Positions 11,601 through 24,500 of a stretch of DNA of 64,000 nt are shown in pieces; the first letter of the stretch is position 1, and the number at the start of each line of letters is the position of its first letter. Location of the stretch: assembly GCF_000150275.1 (NCBI RefSeq), contig NW_002060964.1:673643-737642 (forward strand), given 5' to 3'. The notes under the pieces are model-generated. The model made no database searches. It had not been told where the DNA came from and saw only the letters and a list, made by a program, of their open reading frames with translations. This DNA comes from Trichoplax adhaerens (taxonomy: Eukaryota > Animalia > Placozoa). Position numbers and translations under genes: made by a program.

Positions 11601-14600
11601 CTAGATTTCACTTCTTTTAGCCCCAGGATACTTTACGTACGGTTCTTGTTCTGGTCATTTATAATTATTGTTCTACTATTCTTTAATTCTCTATCAGAAA
11701 CCTTTTTAATCCTACTATGGTACTTGAGATAATTATTTTATGAGATTTAGATTCGATAGAAGAGTTATATGATACTTTTATTACAAAGCTCTCTATCATC
11801 AAATGCTGCCATCCAATTTCGGAATGATTCAACAGATATCCACAAATGAATATATACTTATAGTACACTTAGTCGTAGCTAGTCAAGGAACTCATATTAC
11901 AGAATAAATACGCTTCTATTGAGTGAGGCTACTATTGGATCAATATTAAATAATTTTTCGTATTCAATAAAAGCATCATTATTAAAGCCGAACAATAATG
12001 CAAATAATGATCAACCGCTACTCAAATTTTATTTATATTGAGCTAATGCTGTAGCCGTAAAATCATTTGATATCACCGAACATGATAATGAATATAATAT
12101 TGAATCTTGGAATAGGACTAAAGGGATTTATGTAAACCACCATGTCGCATTATGACTCGCATAAATATGCCAATTGCAACTGATCTTATTAGAGATAAGA
12201 AAAAATGAATAGTTAATAAGTTAATCGACTTTATTCTATCAATTTCTGCCAATTTTTAGCAAGTATCTGTATCCTAGTATCACCATCGATATTTTCTCAA
12301 CTTTTTAAATGATTTAGTAACAGATTTAACAAAATTTTGGTCTTTTTCCTAGCATTTTCCGATATACTTCACATAAGACGACTGTGCCAAGAAAGTTAGA
12401 GTCAAGATGAAAAGGTCGTCAAATACTGTTAATTAATTGATTTGAAAAATTGTAACCAGTATGAGATTCAGTTTAGACGATTTTGCTGTCAAAACTATAT
12501 TAATCAATATCGCAATTGCTATCAAATTCTATTATCATAGAAATCATTAATTTTAGGATAACTATAGTCCTAGGCTTTGGAAACATTAAAACTGTGGTAT
12601 AACAGCAACATATTAATTATTAGTAACGAATAACGAAAACTAACACTAGTTACTACAGCTATGGAACACTTTTATCTTACTAGCACGCTCACAATTGTTT
12701 AGCTTATCATTATAGCTATTTTGATATTATTCATCTAAGTATTTCGAAAAGACTTTCAACATTGAAATCATAATTTATTATTTTAGGAAATATTCATAAT
12801 ATTACAACAGCTTTGATCATTAGCGAAGAAATTTTATAACATAAATCCTTGCGTTGATCGATCATATCCACCTAGATAATAATTATAGAAGTTTCAATGT
12901 GATTTTCGCGCTAATGATTTCATCAGCCACAATGGAAGGAGTTTCAAAGAATTAACCATACACGCTAATTGGAAGACAGAATTTGTGTATGAATAGTATT
13001 CATCAACAAAATCTCCCTCTTTTAAGCAATATTTTTGTCATATCCGATACCAGATTATTATCGAAATGAGAATGTTTTCTGCATTAATTGAGAAATAAGT
13101 GAATTTTTAACTTCAATCATGCAACGCTTATTTAAACGTGGTAATTGTAATATTCTTGCATAAAATGAAATATCATTTAACATATGGGACAATAATGAAT
13201 ACAATATTATAAATTTGAATCCCATTTAAGATTATAATAAATAGAATAGAAGAATGAATGGCAATCTAGCATTATACTCTGAATTTATTAAAATTTGCGA
13301 CGGTCATAGACGACTTTAGGAAGAAATAAAATAGCTTGGCTAGAATTTCTCTTTCAAATTGGTGTCAAGAACATCCAATGGCAACATACAATATGTGTCT
13401 CTAAATTAGTAAATTCTACTTATAATAAAAAAATAAAACTTTCCAAAGGTAACTTATTTGACCATTTTAGAAATAAAGATTTTACTTAAAGGCTTCTTAT
13501 TTATAACGCAATTAGTACATTAATTAAATTTGGTCTACAATAAAATAAAATCTGTATGAAAAAATAAAAAATAATTTACTACATTTCACAACATTACTTT
13601 TTATCCTAAAATCATCATTAAGACTTAAGTAAGAGTAAAACTAGAGTGGAAAATAAATCAATCCAATAAATCCCAACTATAATTGGCTCGATGAATTTAT
13701 CACCTTTCTTCAAAGTATGCCCAATATCAGTGATTCCTGCAGCCCGATAGAAATAAAACCAATATAACCTAGTGAATCAGATTATCATCCCATTTAAGTT
13801 ACTACTTCTCTTCGAACAGGAATTCTGTATTAAACAGATTTATTAACTTTGGAGACGTACAATTTTATCCTCAAATATAATAAGAGATAATCGAAATTTC
13901 TAATCGGATATCATTTCATTCAAATTAAACAGATAAAATTTCTACCCTTCTTAAAACTGTAAATGAAACGATGATACTAGGTTCCTCTAATAAAATAGAA
14001 ATAAAACTAATATTAATGAGAGAATGTACTTATTCGATAACAGAATCTGAAAAAATATAATTTATATTTGAATAACAGAAATATCAATTCAAAGCCGATA
14101 TATACTAACATTTGTTACAGTTATTATCTCCATCTTTAAAAGCGGTACGATAACAATGTAATTGGTCAACCTGATATCAGAAACTAATAAAGTTTTACCT
14201 AGCATATGTTTCTATGAAAAGTAATTGTGATAAATTTTAAATAAAACAGATTGGTCTATTCCTATTTTTACCATAATGTAACTTCCATGATGTAAAGTAT
14301 GATTGCTAGTTCATTTTTGCTAGAATCGAATTGAAATTACAATGCAAAAGAATAGCATTATTTGGTTATTTAATTTAGTGTATTTACTGCCTAGTAATAG
14401 AAATCTATATTCATATATAAATAAATTTATTAACTATTACAACCTTCATTAGTATTTGTAAGAGTCTTATGATGGACAATCATAATGGTAATGTATATTT
14501 TGATGTAAACATTTGATTGTTGTGCCGACAAAGTTTCTGCCGGAATATGTATAACAAAAGTTTGACGTTGTAAGTTGGATTGGAAATCAAATAAATAAAC

Positions 14601-16399
14601 CAGTATAGCAAACATCTGCCGCCTAGCCCGTCAAATATTAACAGTATTTATTACAGATAATTGAGAAATAATGCCACTCAAAGTAATGTCTTAGACTTCG
14701 TAGAATACTTTGACATGTTACTCTTGAATACATCATACCATCTCGAATTGAAAGATATATATTCTTGACCTAAAGTTGGCCATATTAACCGTCATGATAT
14801 TGTTAAGCAATTCAATAATCATCTATCACCTTATTTCACTTCTTCATTTAAATTTGACTGTCATCTTTTTAAATGCGTTAATACTAAGGCTGATTATTGG
14901 TAGAATTAATTTCCAAGAAAATAGAATAGATACTAACAATCTACCGCTATCGTTTTTCCATAATCTGATGAAAATAATTAATGCTTGGTTGAACAAAAAC
15001 AGAATTAATTTCAAATAAAATGATTTACAGCCTATCTTCATCTTGTAATATCGTCTTAGTCTTCCCAAACTAATTGTCGCTTAATTATATAACGATAGAA
15101 TTAATTTTAAAGAGGGATCGGCAATAGGTGCAGAACTCTTTCATAGCAATTGATGATCTATAATACGTGCAGGCCAAAGGGAAAATTACTTCTATGTTTG
15201 GTTGCGTAAATGGATAACAATATGACAGTGTTGATAGCATTCAGAAACGATAGAAATGCTCCGATTTATCTGCTAATCACTTTGTCTAGTTGAAATTCGA
15301 ATTGTATTGATTAAATTATATTATTATTCATGATATTTTGTTGCAGCTGAATAGTGAGCTATTAGGACTAGCGATGCTGTTATAGGCCTTATTTTCCTCT
15401 TGTGTTTATAAAGTAGGCTGGTATGCAGATAAATGTAGAAATTGCCAATGATATTGATCTAGTTGAATTGCAATGATGTTATGGTTTTGTTGTGTTTGTT
15501 TTATCCTGCAGCTGCTCTAAGTCAGTATATCATTAAGATTTCGGTTATTACCGTCAGTGTAGCTGGAAGCTAATCGCTTAACTTAATTTGATACTGTATG
15601 AATTCCGTAGATATCGGTTGTCTACAGTATTGAAATGATATTTAATATATTCGTATATAAAGATACATACAGTATGCAAGTAAAGTCGAAGAGAATCAAA
15701 CAGCAGAACTAGAATGCGCGTAAAAATATGTTCTTACTGTGATCATATGGGATCTCCTGCAGCAGTTGGTTTAGAAATGACAGTAAATAAAAAGAACTTA
15801 ATCGTAAGTATATCCTTAGCGATTTAGTCAGAGGACCTCGAGCAATCAGCAAATACTATAATTAGTTAGCCAGGTCTAGGTAATTGTTGGTCCATGTACG
15901 AGTGCACTGTGTAGTAAAATAACTGTGTTAAATTATAATAAAGGATTAATTCTAGTCCACTAATTTTTTACGCCTGTATTCATTATAATTATAGCTAACT
16001 ATTTGCAATATTCTTCTCAGATTTGCATGATCATTAACCTTCTCTCATTCTTTACAATATCTAAATTGATTCTTGGACATTTTTAGTATAATATAGATTG
16101 CTCTAGAATTTGGATGATATCACAAAGTCAAATCATATCAGAAGTATCCGGATGTACATCAACAGTAATGATAATTACCAACTAGTTCACTTGAGAAGAG
16201 TCAATAATTATTTTAATTATTAACATTAAACTCAAGTAAATAGAACATTCATCATCTTGATAGCTTGAACTGCTTCGTTTTTTTTTACCAAAATATTTTT
16301 ACCTCATCAAAAGCAAATTCTATTATAATATTTCTTTTAACGATTACTCCGTTACTTTAAATAAGATCATGAAGGATAATAAAATGCATTGGATTTGAC

Positions 16400-17870
16400 T
16401 TTCATTTTATATCATGCCTATCACGAACAATGACTGAATTGACAAATATTCAATCTGATTTCTATATCGCTAATGTTTAAATTAACTTGGGACTATGACA
16501 AGCAGGAACAATATCCAACAGCTATAATTTAATAATGAAGATCTTCTCAATATATGTATTTATGAATAAAAATTTTCATCCTTGACTTTAATGAAAATAG
16601 TCTAATGTAGTTTTGTTATTATCACTACCGTATAATGTATGTACTACAGTTATAGTTTAAGATCTTCTTGACATGTATATCTTATAACAATACTAAAATT
16701 TTCATCCATGATTTTAAGCAAAAATATTCAACCTGATTTGGGCTATCGCTACTGTCTTACTTAACTTTAGGAGGAGTAAAAGCAATTACAATATTCAATA
16801 GTTATTATTTAAGATCATTTCAATAGGTACATTGTACGACGATAATAACATTTTACCCTAGAGTTTAATGAAAAAATTATTATAATTTTGCTATTACCAC
16901 CACTTTATTTAACTCAAGAGTACCAGAAACAGGAATAATATTCAACCGTTGCAGTTTAAGATCTTACACTTCTCCATATATGTATTTTATAGCTTTAATT
17001 AAATTAGTATCCTTTATTTCAGTTGCAAAATACTTAATAGGATTCTAGTATAACTAGTATGTTGTTCTGCTTATAAGAGAGATGTACAGAAATAATATTC
17101 TGTAGTTTTAGTTTCGCTTCCCTAGAGCTGTATTTTATGGCATAAATAAAGCTTTGGCTCTTGATATTAATTATAAGAATTTATTCTGATTCTAGTATCC
17201 TATTTGACTCACGGCTATGATAAACAGAAAAAATATTTAGCAGTTCCGGCTTAATCTCTAAAATTTTTCTTTTCATGTGCATTTAATGACTACAGTAAAA
17301 TGTTCACTCTTGCTTTTAATTACAAATATTTCAATCTGATACTAGTTTCCCTGACGTATTATCCTACTAGGGAGTAAGATAAATAGAAATAATATTTAAC
17401 AACATGGTTATAGACCTAAACTACTGTATGTGTATATTTCATGACTTTAATAAAATGTTTTATTAAAGATATTAATTAAAATATTCAATCTGATACTAGA
17501 ATTACTACCATTTTATTGAAATTAAGAGTGTGATATACAAATATAATATTCTACAGCCGTTAGGGTCTTCCTATAAGGGTATTTTATGTCATTAATAAAT
17601 TTTTCAACATAATTTTAACTATAAATATTCAATCAGATTCAAAACAATTATTGTCTTTCCCAAATTAGAAGTAGAATAAATGAATATCATATTTAGGGTT
17701 ATAGTTTCAAGTCTTCTATCTCTCCGTATGTTAATTTAAAATTACAACATATTTTTAATCTTGATTGAAGGGAAAGTATTCAATCTGATTCCAGTATCAT
17801 TACTATCTTACTTAACTTAGGAGTATGATATTTAGGAACGATATCCAACATCTATACTTTAAGTTCATAA
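16400..17870. repeat. Degenerate tandem array, ~10 copies of a ~148-bp unit
   Basis: Anchor AAATATTCAATCTGAT(T/A) or variants at ~16444, 16595, 16722, 16870, 17025, 17178, 17323, 17477, 17623, 17774. Most are followed by a GAAATAATATT..ACAG-like block. Confidence 0.8.
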
Positions 17871-18580
17871 GAGTAAAATTAGGACTTAAATAATGATGAA
17901 AAACTCTTCCATCTAACTCTGTTATCACCGATATACCATTTCATTATTGGTGTATACCGTGAATATCACGATTTACTTTGATAAGATATCAGGTAAATAT
18001 TTAAGATCTTATAGAAACTATAGCTTTATGATATCAATCGCCTGTGAAAAGATTTAATGACGCCAGTTAAAGGTATATTTTATTGAAGTTTAGAGAGTAA
18101 AAGTAGAGATAAATATATAAGCAGCAGTTAATATTTCGCGTTCGCACATTAATTATGTACCTGAGAATAATATACCGGCAAATGTAGATATGCAAGGTTA
18201 CAACCCTTTTGAAAATAATATCCCTGACGATATGTATGAAATATCATAATAATAAACTACAGAACAAAAATCATGCAGCTGAGATACTTCTATATCATAC
18301 GAAAATGTAGAATTAGTACGTTAACCAGGATTATTATAAAGCTAAAATGGACTAAGACTATATATCGCATAACTGTAAAAGAAATATATTTGAGCATAAT
18401 TTCCAATCATGGATTATAAAAATATCTTAATCGAATGATAGATAGCATAAAATATCATTAGCATAATCTACTGCATGATCACAAGCTAAACTGTTGTTTT
18501 CCATATGGCTTAAGACAACATTATCATGATGATATCAAAGTAATTTATGAAGTGAAATACCTAACGCTACATCGTACGAT

Positions 18581-21500
18581 TTAATCTATTTCATCCTTTT
18601 AAGATATTAATTGATTGATGTAATATTACCAAGAAGCATTATGGCAATCAGACAAAGTACTTACCACATCATCGGTTTGCACTAGAAATTCAGCTCCATC
18701 GGATAATCTAGATGTAGTAAATCGACAGTGATTTATTCAATATAAAATCAATTGTAGCAACTGCATATTTTATTACGCAAAAATTAGCTGAAGAAAGCTT
18801 CTATATAAAGTAGCAACTCACGCAATTCTAAAAACATTCTTCTTTTTCTTATAGTCGCTAGCTAACTGGCATTTCATTTTCTTGATTGATATAGGTGAAT
18901 GAGAGGCTTGAATTTTCTATAAAAACCAAAATATCAGCCTAAATCAATTTGATGGCATCATACAACAGAAGGAAATATTTTATAATCTCTATAATATTGC
19001 TATTAATAAAGTATTGTTAGATTATACTGATATAATATCGACTGGTATGATATATCATCAAATTAGCCATATTTGAGTTAGCATTAAGCAGAATTAGGTA
19101 ATGTTTCAGTCTAAAAGCATCAGTAATTTAAATGTTTCCGTAAACAAAGAATTCTCTTTTTAGCAATCCAGAACGTTGATCTTACACCAGCTATGCTACT
19201 ACTTTACTCTACTAGTTACTGACCGCATCATAGTGTTTCCTGTCCTTATAGAAACGCAATTCTAACCCAAAAACGGCTGCAATCAATTTATCCCACGATC
19301 TATAATAACCCAATTACACATGATAAGGTTACTCTATCTTCATTTCTTCTAATAATGCTAAAATTTGCTTACTATAAAGGCGCAAATTTACAGTACAAAT
19401 ACTACAGAAAGTGATACTCTCGTACAAGTTATTTAAGTGCTTTTATCGCTTCTGCACTGTACCCAAAAGAAATGCTTAAATAAAGTTAAAGTTTGATCTC
19501 AAATCGAGATATGAACACATTATTGACCTTTTTTCCGATTTCCTGCCTTTTCGTTCCATAACATGTTTTCGATGAATAACTCCAATTAGACGGAGTGGTG
19601 CACCATCCTGTGGTTTATCTTCTAATTGTTCTTTTGGTTGTTCTTTTGGTTTATCCTGCGGTTTAGCCTCTTCTTCAACTTCTCGCCTAGCAGATTGTCA
19701 TGAATATTAATTACTACGAGTACGTATAATATCTTTACGAAAGGCTATTAGATATAATGAAAACCAAAGAAATAGCAAATTGTATGAATATTATCTTAAT
19801 CAATGGTTATGTAAAGTTTGTAAGCCCTACATAGTTTTTTCTCTTTCTGTCTTTATATGTACAGGGTCTTTCTTTATTCTCGTAAATTCTTCATATTGAG
19901 GTTTAGTAGCTTCTATTATAGCTTCAGGGGCCGAAACAGCTGTGGCTAGATCTTCACTAGCCTCTCTAACTTGTGATTCTGGCACCTGATTTTCCATTTC
20001 ATTGCCATGAGGTATAAAGTAAGCGCTTTCATGGCCTTCGGCGGATAATTCTACATCTGGAGCTTTCATATTCGGCTCTGAATTTATATCCATATTAATT
20101 CCTTGATTAAATTCGAAATGAGGTTTATAGTCTGGCTCAATTTCGTCCTTATGATTGAGATCTAACGCAACGTTAGCGTTTGGTACAGTAGAATCCAAAG
20201 CAATATCCATCCCATGAGGTGGTTCCTCGTTCACTTCAAGGTTAATTTGATCATTGATATGCTCGTCTATAGCAGAAGGATCTACGTGGAAGGTTAGCTT
20301 ATCATAACCAGAATTATCTGATATCTGCAAATTAGGATCTACATCTTCTGATATATCGCTCCCTGCTGGAGATAGAGATATTTCAAGCGAGACCAGAGGA
20401 GCACCTTCTAGATTTTCTGTCAAAATAGAATGTCAGTTACTTAACTACAAATATTAGGGGCAATAGGTAAATAGGAGTAAATAGAAATATATTTATACGA
20501 TTTTTCTTTTAGTAGTACCGGCTGCTTGTGTATTAATTTCTTGATCTTCTATTGGCATTAGCTCTGCTTCTTGATTTTCTGTAAAAATAGAAATCAGCTA
20601 CTCAACTACAACTGTTAGGAGCAATTGGTAATTACGAGTAAACGCGAATATATAAATACAACTTTTCTTTAAGTAGTACCTGCTACATGTGGATTAATTC
20701 CTTGATCTTCTATTAGACGTAGCTCTGCTTTTCGATTTTCTGTAAAATAGAATATCACACACTTAATTACAACCGTTAGGTGTAATAGGTAAATAAGAGT
20801 AAATACGAATATATTTATAAGTTAGTTCTTTAAGCAGTACCGTATACTTCCGGAATAATTTCTTGATCTTCTATTAGCCGCAACTCTGTTTCTTGATTTA
20901 CTGTAAAGGGAGAATATCAATTACTTTACTATGACCATTAGGCGCAATAAGTAAATACGAGTGTATTTATACGATAGTTCTTAAGCCGTACAGGCTGCTT
21001 TTGGATTAATTTCTAGATCTTCTATTAGCAGCTGCTCTGATTCTTGGTTTTCTGCGTAAATATAGCGACATCAATTAACAATTAATACTCCAATAATTGT
21101 AAGACTTAATGCAATTATCTTGTTATTTATATAATACCGGTGTCTTTTGGAACAATTTCTTGATCATCTACTTGTTGTTCCTCTTCTTGGAAAGCACTGC
21201 CATCAAGTTCAAAACCATCCGAGGAATGCAATAATTGCTATACAGAAACGATAGCAAGAGATCAATCAATAAGAAAAATTCTCGTACTAGCAGATACAGC
21301 TTTTCAGCGAGAACGGTAAAATTCGTAGAGAAAAATGGGAATTTGGATAAGATTTATATATATACATTTAGATGTTCTTGCTGTTTTTGTAGTTTTTCAA
21401 ACTCTCGAATTAAACTGGTCGCTTCTTTTTTAATTTTTTCTGAGGAATCTTGTAAATCTTCTATAATGAAGAGTGATCGAATCTACTTGAGCTTAAAACT

Positions 21501-24500
21501 ATCCCTCGTGCTACTTACAATACACAATGATCATCAAGATGGTACTTATAGTTATTGGCCTTTTACCTTTTGAAGGTTCTTCAAGCGCTAAAGAAGCCAC
21601 TCGCGGCAATGATTGATTGCTATCACGATTTTTATATACCTGATGCTTAATTAAGAGCGATAAATACTCCTTATCCACTTGATGATTGCTCAATTCCTGA
21701 TTACGAAGCAAGGTATCTTTTTCTTCGTATAATTCCACTTTATCATCAAGTCCATTGAGCTTATATTTCTCAAACTAGAATATGCAATGAGTACAGAATA
21801 ATTACTATTTTGCGAAAATGTACCAATCGCAGAACCTAATTCATTTTCCACTAGCTAACATATATAATCTAGCTATTATTAAGAACAAAGCTGTATATTT
21901 ATTTAAAATTAGATTCTTAATTTTAGTAAACAGGTTTAGAATTAGACGTATTAGATATAGAAATTTACATGATTGACATTAATGATTTTCTTAAATCTTT
22001 CGCGTTGAGATGATAGGGCTACAGTTTGTTCATCTATCAACTTTACGATATCATCGAGCGAATCTTGAAGCTGCCATGATTTTTTAATATAGGAATAGGG
22101 ATAAAGAAAATGATATATAACAGTTAGGTTATGATACGTCGTTTCGTAAATCAAATTATCTTGACCATGATATAAATTGTAGGATGAGTAATATAAGTTT
22201 AAATACTCTGCATAAGAATATTTTACTTCGGTAATTTCAAATTTTCGACTTTTATCTTCCTGGAATGCTAGCCAAGATTCTCCTTTCTTAAGATCTTCTT
22301 CAAATTGAAATACGCTCAAGACTAGATCGTATAAAGTTGGATACAATTTCAGCTCTTCAAATTGAAACTGGATTGTTGTCTGGAATCTATGCCAGTATAT
22401 CATATGTAAAATCTAGACTATAATAATATACTTAAGCTGAATGTCAGCTAGAAAATGTTTTGTTAGAATGCGGGAGATAATTACATGATAGCTTGCCATC
22501 AATTAGGACTAACACCATTATAAATGTTAAGATAGCCATTTAGTTTACCTACTAAGCAATAAGTTTTTTCTTGTTCTACTTACATAAAGCTAATTCCTTG
22601 TAGTGTAGATCCCAATTTAATGTAAGCCTTTCGTATAAGTTTTGAACACCTTTCCATTGCACTTCCAGCTACAATTAATAATATCATTAATTTTATATTC
22701 ATAGATTAGCATGATTTCAAACCGAAGACGTTAAATCGTTCTAGCGATTATTGAGAGTAAACAAAATCTGGTTGTGACACTTTAAGAGTTTCTAATTGAT
22801 TGCATTAATTTACTTCTAGCTTTCATAAATAATGAAATCTATTTGGATCAGGTAAAGAGTCCCAAATCGATTACATTCATTTACAGTAAACTTTCATAAG
22901 TAAATAAAATTTATTTAGGTTCGATACTTAACCTCTAATCAATTGCATTAAACTACTTCTAGATTAAAGCAGAGCTTATTATGGTTAATTTTAAAAGGGT
23001 CTCTAGTTATACACTATAAGGTAATTGCCGTATATTCATAACAGAAGTTTCCCATTTTATCCTTACATCTGCAATTTTAAAAGTTCAGTAATTTACGAAC
23101 TGTATAAATAAAATAAAAGGATTCAATTCTAAATTGTAGGTTTTGTATAAATGAGTCCTTTGCATAAGGTTACAGTAATCAATCAGTAATTATTTCTCCA
23201 TTACTTTACAGTAATTCTAGACTTTAGTTTTACATTTGCAATTTTGAAGCACAGTAACCCATAGACTGCACAAGCAGTCTAAAAAGGACTCGGTTCTTAA
23301 CTAACAGACATTGAATAGATTTACAGTAATTATCTGATTAGTTGCTTATCCTTTGCTTCCCAGAACAAACTGCCATCTCCTATAATTAATATAACTTATT
23401 TTTGTTTATAATTTTACCTCGTTCCGGCAGTAATTTTCGTTATTTTGTAAATCATCAATTTGGGATCGTAAGTGGGTAAATTTATCTTCATAGCTGGAAA
23501 TTTCCTCTTTAGAGTTAAACATGTCGTTGATTGATCTCCGACATGAATCAATATCCCTATAAGTTTCAAAAAGGAAACCAAGGATGCATATCGTATATAT
23601 GGTTATATATAGGAAATAGAGTAATAGAATTCTTATTATCATTTTGTGCAGAATACTTACACCGGAGGATCAATGTTATTAACTTGATTAACTTCTTCGT
23701 ACATATCACAAATCCAATCAATTAAGTCATCAACAACCACCGTTGCTTTGAATACTTCCTGTGTTTGCTGAAGATAATAGCTTCTCCACTCGTTCCGGCG
23801 AGCTAAATTTATCCAAGCTTTATCAACATCCTCTTTCACTTTCATAACTTTTTCTCCTTCTGAAGATTCCTCCACTAAACGTTGTGCCTCAGCTCGTATA
23901 TTACTGACCTGTAAAAGTATAATATTACATTTTTTATGCATTCTATCTGGTGTTGGTTTAATGCTTTCCATATTCAATTACATTGAGCTACCTGATTTTC
24001 GAAATTAACAAATTCCAATTGGAAGTTTTGATGTATACGGCACAATGACGAAGTGGTATTTAGGTTAAATCCAAGGTCATTGACAAGAGATTGTTCCTTA
24101 AACTGTTAAGAGAATAAATTTGGATAAATAAAGTCAGTGGGTATGAACTATTCTAATCACAGGAGAGTTAAGAAACAGTCAAAGTAATACCCCAGTAGTT
24201 TTATTGGCTCTTGAAACTAACCTGCAATTCTTGTAATAAGTCATGAGCATCAAAGTAGTACTTGTATAATTCTCTTGTCTTACTTAATAGCTGTCAAGAA
24301 TAAAATGACATAGACTGATGTCAATTACAAAATATAAAACAAAATAATCAGATGACATCCTTAAAAACTAATAATTTCGAGACTTGATCTCCAACTAAAT
24401 ACAAAAGGGCAGTACGAGAATAATTAATACTGCATTGGATTCGATTACTGTCTTAAAAGTCTAGAACAAACCTCTCGCCTTTCTTCTACTTGCTGCAAAA

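Noticed and set aside
13670-13830. VILVLFLSGCR (-) and WLDEFITFLQSMPN (+) resembling DIRS tyrosine-recombinase segments
   Set aside because: The two motifs are on opposite strands and nothing else supports them.
20416-21060. Regularly spaced repeats considered as a CRISPR-like array
   Set aside because: The whole unit is homologous with no unique spacers, each unit carries splice sites and an in-frame exon, and the context is eukaryotic with no cas genes.
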